From Pachysolen tannophilus NRRL Y-2460 (lineage: Eukaryota): a DNA stretch of 64,000 bases. The DNA lies in assembly GCA_001661245.1 (NCBI GenBank), contig KV454017.1, positions 961,903 to 1,025,902 on the forward strand. The letters run 5' to 3'. A program made the translations under genes and the position numbers. A model generated the notes under the pieces. It ran no database searches. It was not told where the DNA came from and was given only the letters and a program-made list of their open reading frames with translations. Shown piece by piece: positions 1 through 11,123 of this stretch (its first letter is position 1; every line of letters begins with the position of its first letter).

Positions 1-2
1 GA

Positions 3-1688
3 ATTGATTATGAGCTGCTTACATGGAAGGATCTTTTAAAAAAATTGAAAAATGATATTGATCAAATAGTTCAAGTATTGAATATTTCTGAAGATGATTG
101 TTGTTTATTGCTTCAATATTTTAACTGGAATAAAGGTAAGATGATGGAAAGTTTTATGGATAATAATGAAAAGACAAATGATAATGCAGGATTAAATGGG
201 AATGATTTTATTGATATTGAAAATAGGATTAAACAAGCAGAGAAAGGTACATTATGTCCAATATGTTGTATGGAATCCGATAATGAGATCAATCCTTTGT
301 TAATTTTTAGTTTACCCTGTGGTCATGGATATTGTATTGATTGTTATATCCGTTATATAAAAGATAAAATCTTTGCCAATAATGCATTAATCAAATGTCC
401 TGAATATACATGTAAATTAAATTTAAAACCATATAGAGATATCAAGATGATTAGTGATTATATGGTTGAAAATAAGATATTACCAGAACTTAAAATTAAA
501 GATGAAAATATTACAAAAGAAAATGGGAATCGTTCAAAGACAAATAATTCAAACAGAAATGGGAATAATTCAAACGATTATGATTGGTCTTCATCTGAAG
601 ATGAAGATGAAGATGAAAATGAAAATGAACAAGGTCAATATAGAGAAGGTAGAAATTTTAAAACTTCAATATATAAGAAAAATCCATTTATACTGGAACC
701 AAAAACTTTATTTGAAAAATATGAAGAAAATTTAATCAAAATCTATGTTGAAAATCATTCAAATTATAAATGGTGTCCATCCCCTGATTGTAAGGGTTTA
801 GTATTATTGGAAAATTATTCTAAAAATTATTTAAAAGAATTATCAACAGAAAATAAAAATAATCTTATACCAATAGTTTCATGTCCATTTGATCATTCTT
901 TTTGTTTTTTGTGCAATTTTGAAAATCATTTACCTGTACCTTGCTGGGCTGTAAGATTATGGATTCAAAAATGTAAAGATGATTCAGAAACAGCAAAATG
1001 GATTGATGCAAATACAAAACAGTGTCCGAAATGTGAATCTGCTATTGAAAAAAATGGTGGATGTAACCATATGACATGTAAGAAATGTAGATACGATTTT
1101 TGCTGGATTTGTTTAGGAGTTTGGTCTAGTCATAATAATAGTTATTATAATTGTTCAAAATATAATGAAGAAGGAAATAAAGAAGTTAGAAACAAGCAAG
1201 AAAATTCGAAAAAATCTTTACAAAGATATTTACATTATTATAATCATTTCATATCTCAAGAATCTTCAATGAAAGGTGATAATATGTTTTGCTCAGATAT
1301 TGAAAATAAAATTATGAAAATTCATGAAAACGTGAAAGATGATGTATCATGGATAGAATTACAATTTTATAAAGATAGTGTTAATACGTTATTAAAGTGT
1401 AGACGTACTTTAAAATGGTCATATGCTTTAATTTATTATCTTAACTCTTCAAATTTTACATCCATTTTAACTGATAATCAGCTTTATTTAAGTAATAGCG
1501 TTGAAAAATTATCCAAATTATTTGAAATTTTTAAACCGGAAGAGATATTGAACAAAAAATTGGAATTTATTAACGTTTCGAATTATTTATTGAAAAGGGA
1601 AAAGGCTTTAATTGAATGTGCTATTGATGGAATTAATAATGGTGGATTGACTTTTTCAGTCAATCACAAGGGTCATGAGGTGAAGTAA
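3..1688 (+). CDS. HEL1: RBR (RING1-IBR-RING2) Ariadne-type E3 ubiquitin ligase, 5'-partial
   Basis: RING1 CPICC..CGHGYCIDC, IBR KWCPSPDC..C..HSFCFLC..H, RING2 TKQCPKCESAIEKNGGCNHMTCKKCRYDFCWIC and Ariadne SLQRYLHYY. The frame is open back to the window edge; the track start at 45 is TTG. Confidence 0.9.
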   Translation: MDYELLTWKDLLKKLKNDIDQIVQVLNISEDDCCLLLQYFNWNKGKMMESFMDNNEKTNDNAGLNGNDFIDIENRIKQAEKGTLCPICCMESDNEINPLLIFSLPCGHGYCIDCYIRYIKDKIFANNALIKCPEYTCKLNLKPYRDIKMISDYMVENKILPELKIKDENITKENGNRSKTNNSNRNGNNSNDYDWSSSEDEDEDENENEQGQYREGRNFKTSIYKKNPFILEPKTLFEKYEENLIKIYVENHSNYKWCPSPDCKGLVLLENYSKNYLKELSTENKNNLIPIVSCPFDHSFCFLCNFENHLPVPCWAVRLWIQKCKDDSETAKWIDANTKQCPKCESAIEKNGGCNHMTCKKCRYDFCWICLGVWSSHNNSYYNCSKYNEEGNKEVRNKQENSKKSLQRYLHYYNHFISQESSMKGDNMFCSDIENKIMKIHENVKDDVSWIELQFYKDSVNTLLKCRRTLKWSYALIYYLNSSNFTSILTDNQLYLSNSVEKLSKLFEIFKPEEILNKKLEFINVSNYLLKREKALIECAIDGINNGGLTFSVNHKGHEVK

Positions 1689-1781
1689 TTTTTTTGGTTT
1701 AAGGTTACTGCATATGTAGATAGAATTTTATTATATTTATTTGGATCAATATCATATATATACTCTATAGAAGATAAATAG

Positions 1782-1783
<2 letters not shown>

Positions 1784-1819
<36 letters not shown>
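1784..1819. repeat. (TA)n microsatellite
   Basis: Uninterrupted TA run in the convergent HEL1/MIC60 gap. Confidence 0.95.
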
Positions 1820-1823
<4 letters not shown>

Positions 1824-1986
1824 ATTTTTAAAAAAATATGTAACATTCATATATATCAATATATATGAATTTCTTCTTTCTTTCAAAATCCAAGTGAAAC
1901 TTTTTCGTTAAAGTCTGAAAACGTATCAAGATAAAAAATTACACAATTGAATTAAAACCGAAAACCAATAGAAGCTATCTCATCAT

Positions 1987-3636
1987 TTAACTTAAAGTTC
2001 TAGTTTCGTAATCGATTAATTGTACCAAGAATTCGACTTCCAATCTTTTTCTACTTTCAACAATCCAATCATTTGCCAATCTTCTTGACCAACCTTTCAA
2101 ACTTGCAACTTCTTCTACTGCAAGATCTAATTCGTTTCTTTCCAAATTGTTATTAACTCTAGCAATAACACTTTCAATGTCTTTTGTGGATGCATCCGGC
2201 GAACCTTCCTTTGCAATTAACAAGCTACTTAACAATCTAGAAACAAAATGACCTAATATGCCTGCATTTGGTGGTAATAACGATGCTGATCTTAATTCTG
2301 GGACCAATAACTTCCATCTAGTGATTAATTGTTGTTTTGTTAACAATCCATTATCAATAGCATCTTTAGGAATTGATGATACTGCAGATTTTAACAATTC
2401 ATCATCGGTTGGAGCTACTGTTGAAGCCAATTCTGATATTATCGGGCCTAAAGGTTGTGGTTTAGAAGAATTATTTAAGACTGATTCTAAAGTTGAAAGT
2501 TTTTTTCTTAATTCTTTTAAAATTTGATAATTTGAAACTTGTTTTGAAAGTTCAATTTCAAATTTTTCTAAATCTTCAACTCTTGAAGTTAAAATATCCA
2601 ATTTTGCTAATTTTGAATTTCTTTCATTATCTATCTTTTCAGAAACAATTTGATTAAATTCTTGTAATTGAGCCAATTTTAAAGATTCAATCTTATTATC
2701 AGCTTGTAATAAAATATTTTCTCTTGTTGCTTCAATTTCTTTTATTAAATTTTGTTTATATTTTGCCTCCAAGTTTTGTTGTTCTAAATTTAATTGATCA
2801 AAAAAATTTCTAGTTAATTCTACTTCTTTTTTGTTATATTCCAAGAATAATTCATCTTGTCTATCTTTTAACAATTGAGCAATATTTTTTTGATATTCTG
2901 TTTGTAAACTTGTAATTTCAGCTGATAATTTGACAATATTATCATGGATTGAATTAATGATCAGTGGATCAACCGAAGAATTATTATTAATTGAAGATAC
3001 AACAGAGTTTAAAGATTTAATGGTACTATTAATCAATTCATCTTTTGTCTTTAACTCAATTATAGGTAATGGCAATGCCTTTGCTACAACTTCTGTAGCA
3101 CTAGTAGCTGTACTTGTTGTGCCAGCTGTACCAGCTGAGCTTGGTGATGAAATCAGTTTTGATTTAGACCTATCTGATTCCAGATCTTTTGAATCGGCCT
3201 TTCTACTAACAATTCCAGATTTTGAAATTTGAACAGTTTTCTCAAGCAATTCAGAAATATCATCCTTTGTTGGAACATCCAAAGTATATTTCTGATTTAT
3301 AATCTTATCACTAAGTTCAAGTAATTCTTCACCAAGTGGGAAATATTCAGAAAATACATCATAAGCAGCATCACTACGTAAAGAAAGACCAACTCCAGCA
3401 CCATAAATAGTAGCAATAACCAATGATAACCTAAACAAAAACTTCCTCACAGGATGTGTCCTCTTCACAGGTAACTTGGCAGTAATCTGACCATCATTAA
3501 CAATCTTCTTGACTTGATTGAATCTAACTGATTTCATGGAAAATTCACGTTTCAACATGTTTTTACCAACAATTGAAACATAATTACCATTGCCATTACA
3601 AGCAAAACGACTTCTACTAACAGCAAACCTAATCAT
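1987..3636 (-). CDS. MIC60: MICOS subunit Mic60 (mitofilin)
   Basis: Basic presequence from ATG 3636, one TM helix, coiled coil, and C-terminal mitofilin motifs SLLPPNAGILGH, DIESVIARV, LKGWSRRLANDW..R.RLEV. Confidence 0.93.
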   Translation of the reverse strand: MIRFAVSRSRFACNGNGNYVSIVGKNMLKREFSMKSVRFNQVKKIVNDGQITAKLPVKRTHPVRKFLFRLSLVIATIYGAGVGLSLRSDAAYDVFSEYFPLGEELLELSDKIINQKYTLDVPTKDDISELLEKTVQISKSGIVSRKADSKDLESDRSKSKLISSPSSAGTAGTTSTATSATEVVAKALPLPIIELKTKDELINSTIKSLNSVVSSINNNSSVDPLIINSIHDNIVKLSAEITSLQTEYQKNIAQLLKDRQDELFLEYNKKEVELTRNFFDQLNLEQQNLEAKYKQNLIKEIEATRENILLQADNKIESLKLAQLQEFNQIVSEKIDNERNSKLAKLDILTSRVEDLEKFEIELSKQVSNYQILKELRKKLSTLESVLNNSSKPQPLGPIISELASTVAPTDDELLKSAVSSIPKDAIDNGLLTKQQLITRWKLLVPELRSASLLPPNAGILGHFVSRLLSSLLIAKEGSPDASTKDIESVIARVNNNLERNELDLAVEEVASLKGWSRRLANDWIVESRKRLEVEFLVQLIDYETRTLS

Positions 3637-3997
3637 CTCACTTTCAATACTCAATCCTTCTTTCAATTTCCAATCAATCAATCAAAGATTATCAGCTCTT
3701 CTTTATCTTCACAATAATCAATTAAAAATGATGATTTTTGGTCTTTATTTCAATTAAAATGAACAAAAAATAGAAAACCAAAAGAAAAAAACCAAAAAAA
3801 AAAAAAAACATTTTTTCCAATTGGCTAAAGAGGAAGTGTTTCTTTATAGAACGACAACCATAAAAAATCAACAACACCGACGACGACAAGAAGCCGACGA
3901 CTATAAGGAGAGGATTATAGGACCATAAGGCCATAAGGATCAATAGTTTAGAATTGATAATTGAGAATTAAAAGTGGAGGTTTTGGATAGGTAAAAA

Positions 3998-5671
3998 ATG
4001 GCACATAATTCGGCAACAGTTGCACCACAGGTTTATGGAGGTGACGAAGTAGCAGCTATAGTTCTTGATCCTGGATCTAATAGTACGAGGGTTGGGTATG
4101 CTGGGGAGGATTGTCCTAGACAAGTTCTTCCTTCTTATTATGGGGAGTATGATGTTAGTGGAGTTGATGGTAATATTGGTAAACGTCGAGTTTTTGATGA
4201 AAATCTTTTATATACTCCAAGAGGTGATAATTTTGAAATTAAACCAATATTAAAAGATAATTTAATAATTGATTGGGATTCTGCTTTGGAACAATGGGGG
4301 GATTCTTTTAAAAATTTGAAAGTTGATTTTGATCAACAACCATTATTAATGACTGAACCAATTTGGAATTCAAAAAAAAATAAAACAGCAGCTTTAGAAG
4401 CAGCTTTAGAACATTTTAAATTTCCAGCTTTTTATCTTGTGAAAAATCCAACTTGTATTTCATTTGCTCATGGAAGACCTAATTGTTTGGTTGTAGATAT
4501 GGGTGATGATATTACAAGTGTAACTCCAGTTATAGATGGGTTATGTTTAGTTAAAAGTACAATGAAAACTCATTATGCTGGTAAATTTTTAAATCAACAA
4601 TTAAAACAATTCTTAGAAGTTGCAAATATTAATATTGAACCAAGTTATAAAATTAAATCAAAAATTCAAAGTTTTGAAACTCCAAACTGGGTAGCTAAAA
4701 ATTTCAATTTTGAAATCACAGAATCATTTGAAGAATACCAAAAAACAAGAGTATTGAACGAAATGAAAGAAACTTTGCTACAAGTGAAAACAAAAGAAGA
4801 AGACGCTGTTGCTGCCGCTGCCGCTTCTGCCGCTTCTGCCGCTTCTGCTGCTTCAGCTTCGGCTCCGGCTTCTACAACTGCTCCTACTGCTGCTGCTGCT
4901 GCTACAGCTCCTACAGCTCCTACTGCTGCTGCCAACACCAACTCTTCTAACACGAATACAAATACCAATACAAACGCTGTCAATACCAATGCTACAAGTA
5001 CTGCTTCTGGTACCCCTGCAGCTATTCCTGATGCCTCTACAACTTCAGAAAATGATGTTTCAGATGAAAGATATTTCGAATTACCAAATGGATTGAATGT
5101 CAAATTTGGTAAAGAAAGATTTGATATAGCCAATTCATTGTTTAAGCCTCTGGAAGTTCCATCTGTTGTTAGAGGATGGGAAGCTCCAGAAAATGGAGAA
5201 TTTGAATTTAAAGAAGCACATAATTTGAAAAACGATTATAAACCAATAAGAAGAGTTCGCAAAGAAACAGAACAAGAAATAGCTGCAGCTGAAGAATCAA
5301 CAGGAAAGAATTCTTCATCAAAGAAAAAAGAAAAATCGCCAGATTATAGAGGAGTAACGGAATTAATAACACATGTATTATCATTGATTGATATTGATTT
5401 AAGAGCTCAATTGGCAAATAATATAGTATTAACAGGTGCAACATCTTTAATTCCAGGTCTCTCAGAAAAACTTACAAATGATTTAATCTTGATGAACCCT
5501 AGTTTAAAAATTAGAATCCACTGTAGTGGTAACGTCTATGAAAGAAAATATTCTAGTTTCATAGGAGGTTCAATACTAGCAAGCTTGGGAACTTTCCATC
5601 AATTATGGGTCAGCAAAGAAGAATACCAAGAAGTTGGTGTTGACAGACTATTGATGAACAGGTTCAAATGA
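3998..5671 (+). CDS. ARP4: Nuclear actin-related protein Arp4
   Basis: PQVYGGDEVAAIVLDPGS..RVGYAGEDCP and GGSILASLGTFHQLWVSKEEY..RLL..RF. Confidence 0.95.
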   Translation: MAHNSATVAPQVYGGDEVAAIVLDPGSNSTRVGYAGEDCPRQVLPSYYGEYDVSGVDGNIGKRRVFDENLLYTPRGDNFEIKPILKDNLIIDWDSALEQWGDSFKNLKVDFDQQPLLMTEPIWNSKKNKTAALEAALEHFKFPAFYLVKNPTCISFAHGRPNCLVVDMGDDITSVTPVIDGLCLVKSTMKTHYAGKFLNQQLKQFLEVANINIEPSYKIKSKIQSFETPNWVAKNFNFEITESFEEYQKTRVLNEMKETLLQVKTKEEDAVAAAAASAASAASAASASAPASTTAPTAAAAATAPTAPTAAANTNSSNTNTNTNTNAVNTNATSTASGTPAAIPDASTTSENDVSDERYFELPNGLNVKFGKERFDIANSLFKPLEVPSVVRGWEAPENGEFEFKEAHNLKNDYKPIRRVRKETEQEIAAAEESTGKNSSSKKKEKSPDYRGVTELITHVLSLIDIDLRAQLANNIVLTGATSLIPGLSEKLTNDLILMNPSLKIRIHCSGNVYERKYSSFIGGSILASLGTFHQLWVSKEEYQEVGVDRLLMNRFK

Positions 5672-5884
5672 TCTTTGAAAATGTAAGCTATTGTTATCCT
5701 AGTTTACTTTTTGTATTTGTATGTTTAATCATTCTCCAAAAGCTGCTTTCTTTATTTTTGCTTTCTGCTTTTTATTTTTTATATTTTGTTTTATTCTTCT
5801 TCTTTTTTATTTTTCACCATTATTGCTTATCTTAAAACAATATAATATATATTTGAATAAACTGTTAACCAACTCCAAGAGAGA

Positions 5885-7212
5885 ATGAATAGTCAAGATG
5901 AGTTGAAAAAGTTTATTGGTCGATTGATTATTTTAGATCGAGGGAATTCAAATGAGTCTATATCTCAGCTTAGGTTGTTGGGCAGAACCAAAGATTTCTG
6001 TAAGTTATTTGATGCAGATACATTTAATCTTCTCATATCGGTGTTGGTGAGAAATTTAGAAGATGAACCGGATTTACAACTCTCTTTATTGGCGACGCTT
6101 TCCAATATCCTATTGAGCAATGAAAATGCAGCTTTATTAGTTTCCAAAAATGAAGATCTTGGGTCTGTTATTGAAAATAACGTTTTTGGGCTTATCAGAT
6201 TGTTATCACTAAACGATTCAATTTTACCACTGTTTAGATTCATTTACTTGGTAAGTGTAAATTCTGGGGACAATTTACAATTGGATTTTGAAAAGTATTT
6301 AGAAATCTGTTATGATAACCTGAGACTAATATTGTCAAAATTTATTGTTGGTGAAGATATATTATTAGTTGAAATATTAAAGATTATACATTATTTGATC
6401 AATAAAGATAAAGAGTTGAAGAAATTTTTTTTCCAAAAAGATTCAACTTTTTATTTAAATTATATCAAAAGTAATGATACCATCTCAACGAATGTTCTCT
6501 TAGCTATCAGTAATATCATTTCTGATTTTGAAATTGAAGATAACCTTGATCATAGCAATTCTTATTTGAGTTTTTTCAACAAAAAGGTTGTTGAAAAATA
6601 TTGCAATTTATTACAAGAATCTTTGATTGCTCAGAATTTATCCAATGTTCTCTCTATTCTTAATTGTATAAATAGCTTTACCGAATTATTGCAAAACGTT
6701 TTGGCTATAAGACAAACTCCTAATTTGTTGGTGAATCTTGAAACCTTTTTCGTTCCTAAAGATGGATCTGTACCGAAATTGTATATCAGTTTGATGGATT
6801 TACTTTTACAAAATTATAGACAAAAAAATCCTCTGGCAATGTTATCGTTATCATCTTGTTCCCCAACACTAATATCTTATTTAATATTGGATCTTTATTA
6901 TAAGTTTTGTGGGAATGATGTTGGGAAATTTTTAGATGAACTAGGTATACTTTTGACTATGGATTTTTTAAGAATAAAGCAAAGTGATACAGTCAATATT
7001 GCTGATAAAGGTTTCAACAATGACGAAATGAAATGGCAAAAGCGACAAAATGAAGCAACTTTATACCCAAGACATTATGATATTTTGAAAAAAAAAAATT
7101 TAAAGATTTGCCTCAGCTAACTGAAGAAGAAAAAGAAATAGAATTTGAAAAATTAATGGATATTTTTAACAAGATACAAGCCAACGGCATGATTAAGATA
7201 GTCGGAGGGTGA
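5885..7212 (+). CDS. RIC8: Ric-8/synembryn-like G-alpha chaperone/GEF; reading frame broken at A11 run 7088-7098
   Basis: ARM-like motifs LRLLGR, LATLSNILL, LFRFIYL, EILKIIHYL, KFCGNDVGKFLDELG. The -1 frame from 7099 encodes LTEEEKEIEFEKLMDIFNKIQANGMI-stop (7212), matching the Ric-8 C-terminal MTEEEKEREAExLxxLFxRLxxxGVI pattern. Confidence 0.75.
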
Positions 7213-7503
7213 TGGATCTGGATGGAGAAACAATTAAGATCAAATCATTTTATCTCGCATGGAAAATGTAATAAAACCAAAATCACAGACGTAAATATCT
7301 AGTAGTAGCATACATATATATATATATATATGTATATCTATTCAATGGCAAAATCAGACTCAACAAAAGATAAAACTGAAAGATTAAATTAAAATAACTA
7401 AAATGAAAATGGAAATGAAAATGAAATTGAAAAAAGCTCATAAAAAAAAAAAAGGAAGAAAAAGAATAAGGGAAGGAAGGAAGGAAAAAAAAAAAGAAAA
7501 GTT

Positions 7504-8526
7504 CTAGCAACAAGAACTAGCTGATGCTACTGAACTAGTAGATTTTTTAAGATCAATTCCCCCACCACGTCTACTATTATTATTAGCATTACCAGATTTT
7601 TGATCTGTGGTTTCAATTTTGGATTCTAAATGCTGGGCAATTTCTTTAAATAAATCATAAATACCCTCTCCACTTTTTGCTGAAACTTCTTTGAATATTA
7701 AACCCAACTCATTAGCATAACTTAATCCTGTATCTGTAGAGATTTTTCTATCTTCTTCTAAATCCAACTTATTACCAGCCAATGCAATTACAATATCGGA
7801 TGATGCTTGTCTTTGTAATTCTTTAACCCAAGATTGAGCTCTTTCTAATGAAGATTCTTGCGTAATATCATATACAACCAAAGAACAATGTGCATTTCTA
7901 TAATACATTGGTGCTAATGATTTATAACGTTCTTGCCCCGCGGTATCCCATATTTCAAACTTAATTCTTGTATTATCATCCAATTGAATTGTTTGTGTTA
8001 GGAATGCGGCTCCTATTGTAGATTCTCTAAAATCGTCAAATGAATCCTTGACAAATCTATGAACTATTGAAGACTGAACAGAGCAAAAAAAAATTTAAAA
8101 ATAAAAAAAATTGTTAGTAAACTAGATCAAATTAAACCAATTCATTTCACATTTCATAATAGAGAAATAAAATTATAATTTCCAATGAATTACATACTTT
8201 ACCGACAGCACTCTCGCCTATTTCATATTAAAAAGCAAAAAAAAAAAAAAAAAAAATAACAATTCCAGTTAGTAAATGCTCAATCTCAAACGTATCACCA
8301 CCATCAGACCACAGAAAAGATAAATCCATTCTAATAATCAATCATGATGATACCAATAACGAATTCAAAACTTCAAAAATTCAAAAAAAACTACAAAAAA
8401 AAGTTACGAAAGCAATAAGAACAAGCTATCTTATAAAACATATTAAAACAAACAAAAATACATACCTAATAAAACTAATTTAAACTGAGCAAAGCGAGGT
8501 TCAGCATTAGTTGCTATACCACTCAT
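7504..8526 (-). CDS. YPT52: Rab5-family GTPase, 3 exons (8526-8466, 8217-8198, 8073-7504), 216 aa
   Basis: Splicing GTATGT..TACTAAC..TAG and GTATGT..TACTAAC..CAG introns gives [59 protein letters not shown], ending in a CC prenylation motif. Confidence 0.92.
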
Positions 8527-8744
8527 ATTAATCTCCTTTCTATTCTATAAATTGATTTATATTGTCAATCTATTCTCTATCTATATATATATATACCTTT
8601 ATAAATTATATTATATTATATATAGGAGCTCAAGCTAAAAGAAGCATATCCTCTTTTCACTATGTGACTTCCTAATTTGGAACACTTGATCGTTCGTCGA
8701 CGACCTTTTGGTTTTATCATTGGTTTAGTTTGAAATGACCAAGA

Positions 8745-10601
8745 TCAGTTGGGATTGACCAATTTTAAATGCAATAATTCGGTTGCAATTTCCAAGATTT
8801 TCTTTTCATTTTGGATTAATATCAAAGAGTATTTCAAATTTTTATTTTGTTGGTTTTTCGCAATGATTTGGAGGTATTCTTGGCTAGTTAGACCTCCATC
8901 TTTATACATTGATGATTTTTTTTCACAAAGATTTAAAAGTATTTTATAAGACTTTGTATTATTCTTGATCAATGATTTGTAAATTTGTTCTGGATTATTT
9001 TTCATTAATTTCTTCAAATCTTTTGAGTTTAAAGTTAATAATTTTGTTAATGCATAAGTCGCCAAGGAAGGTTGACCATTTGATAAGATACGTAATTCTA
9101 ATTCCCAAGATTGGAAAAATTCTTCATCATGTTCTTCTTCTTCTTCTTCTTCTTCTCCACAATCACTTGAGCAACAACTATGAGTATGGTTCCCATTTTC
9201 TATAGAGTTATTATTTAAAGAATCTGCATATTCTTGAAAAATTCGAAATCCTACTTCACTCCACCATTTAAAATGGGGTTTTAAAGTTTTATCAGATTTA
9301 GCAAGTCTTAAAGCTTGCATTCCAAGACCAACATAATCATTTGGGTTTCCAATACTGGTGAAACCATATTTGGATAATAAAATTGGGTTTGATAAATTCC
9401 CGTAAGCATTGAAAATTTCATTGTTTTTTTGTACTGGTTTTTTAAGCACAATATCAACACATTGGTCTGGAATAAGTTGGTACTCATCATCCAATTCAAA
9501 ATCTTCATCTTCTTCTTGTTCCTCCTCATCCTCATCCTCAGCATCCTCTTTTGCTGTGGCCTCCAATTCCTTTTCTAATTCATTAATATAGCTGATAGTG
9601 ATCTCACCAAGTGGTTCATGACTTTCTTGATCCATATCAGATGCATCACTCATATTTTCTCCATCCTTCTCTTCATCAGATACTCCATCTTCTGATGCTC
9701 CATCTTCTAGATCCATATCCTCCCAATTTTCGGCTTCATTCTCAGTTTCACTTTCGTTTTCTTCTTCTTCGCTATCTGGTGCACCATACTCATTATGCCC
9801 ACATCCATCTTCCCTCCCGCAAAATGGACACACATCATTTACAGTTTCAAAATGTACATGTTCATTCCCAAAACTATCATGATTAAACAAATCTGCACCT
9901 GGAACCAAGGCAAGTTCATGATATGCATCAATTTCAAAAGCTCTTGATGCAATTGCAGCACATATTGCAGCAAAACATTTAAATTTATACAAATTCTCTT
10001 TTTCAAAATCTGAATTTTTGGATAATGATAATTCATAAGGAATTGTCATTAAATTAGAAATATTTTTCGAAAATTGTAAAGATTGCATAAATACTTCCTG
10101 TACTTCAGTTGGATCTATTACACCTAATATTTCCGCTTCTGTTCCCTTTAACAACAGCTGTTCTTCTTCCAGCCATAATGATGGAGGTAATATAAGATGA
10201 TCTTCATCTATGTTTTGCTCATTATCGTAATAGTTTATCGATTGAATATAATCATACCAAGGTGAAGATTCCCCAATTGATTTTTCATAGATAAACGCCA
10301 ATACAACAGCTTGCATTCCAGAAATCCCATAATCATATAACAAGTTAGAAATACAAGAGTTCTGTGCGCTTAATATTGAATCTTTTGAAATTCTTAAAAA
10401 TAAATCATCACTATTCTCATTCTCATTCTCATCGTAATCTTCCTCATCCTCATCAACTGGATTTAAATCTTTCTTAGCAAACACTCCTATCCCTCCTTCC
10501 GGGGATTCTCTTACGTCAAGCACATCTTCATTCCAAAAACATTTATTCTCCGGGTCTCGAAGCCATTTCATCAAGTTGGATACATTTTTAGTGGTGGCCA
10601 T
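8745..10601 (-). CDS. RKM3: SET-domain ribosomal lysine methyltransferase, Rkm3-like
   Basis: GGIGVFAK, SRAFEIDAYHELALVPGADLFNH, HVHFET..VCPFCG, acidic insertion, EIFNAYGNLSNPILLSKYGF. Confidence 0.8.
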   Translation of the reverse strand: MATTKNVSNLMKWLRDPENKCFWNEDVLDVRESPEGGIGVFAKKDLNPVDEDEEDYDENENENSDDLFLRISKDSILSAQNSCISNLLYDYGISGMQAVVLAFIYEKSIGESSPWYDYIQSINYYDNEQNIDEDHLILPPSLWLEEEQLLLKGTEAEILGVIDPTEVQEVFMQSLQFSKNISNLMTIPYELSLSKNSDFEKENLYKFKCFAAICAAIASRAFEIDAYHELALVPGADLFNHDSFGNEHVHFETVNDVCPFCGREDGCGHNEYGAPDSEEEENESETENEAENWEDMDLEDGASEDGVSDEEKDGENMSDASDMDQESHEPLGEITISYINELEKELEATAKEDAEDEDEEEQEEDEDFELDDEYQLIPDQCVDIVLKKPVQKNNEIFNAYGNLSNPILLSKYGFTSIGNPNDYVGLGMQALRLAKSDKTLKPHFKWWSEVGFRIFQEYADSLNNNSIENGNHTHSCCSSDCGEEEEEEEEHDEEFFQSWELELRILSNGQPSLATYALTKLLTLNSKDLKKLMKNNPEQIYKSLIKNNTKSYKILLNLCEKKSSMYKDGGLTSQEYLQIIAKNQQNKNLKYSLILIQNEKKILEIATELLHLKLVNPN

Positions 10602-10947
10602 GGTATCAGTTGGTATTAGTTATCCATAGACTCTTCAATAGTAAGAAATGCTTCTGTATGGGGAAACTGAAAAATTTAAACACTAAAAGAAAAAAAAAAA
10701 AATTTTTTTTCTTTTCACTTTTTTCAAGTAAAATTACATAATATTAAATTGAACTCTGATATCTATCTTTCACATATGGATTAGTTTATATTTGAATTTG
10801 AGTTATTATAGAATAGGAAATTTGTATTAGTAGTATCACGGTTGATGATAATTATTTTATTGAATCTGGGGTATAGAAGTATGGACTGATGGATAGAGAG
10901 ATATAGATACATATGGGACACTATTATTAAGGTAAAAAATAATAGAT

Positions 10948-11020
10948 GCCCGTGTAGCGTAATGGTTAACGCGTTTGACTTCTAATCAAAAGATTCTGGG
11001 TTCGACTCCCAGCATGGGTG
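10948..11020 (+). tRNA. tRNA-Arg (anticodon TCT), intronless
   Basis: 73-nt cloverleaf: acceptor GCCCGTG/CATGGGT, D arm GCGT..ACGC, anticodon stem TTTGA/TCAAA with loop CT-TCT-AA (10981-10983), T loop GGTTCGACTC, then a T-run Pol III terminator. Confidence 0.97.
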
Positions 11021-11123
11021 CATTAATTTTTTTATTTTTAAATTTCATTTAATTTTATTATTTCAATTTCAATTTCTATTTGATCTACTTTTACTTATAT
11101 ACAAAGTTTTCTTTCCTTTTTTT

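Noticed and set aside
10843..10889. TGATGA...CTGA pair resembling a box C/D snoRNA near the tRNA
   Set aside because: Only about 47 nt, with no terminal stem, internal boxes or recognisable guide.
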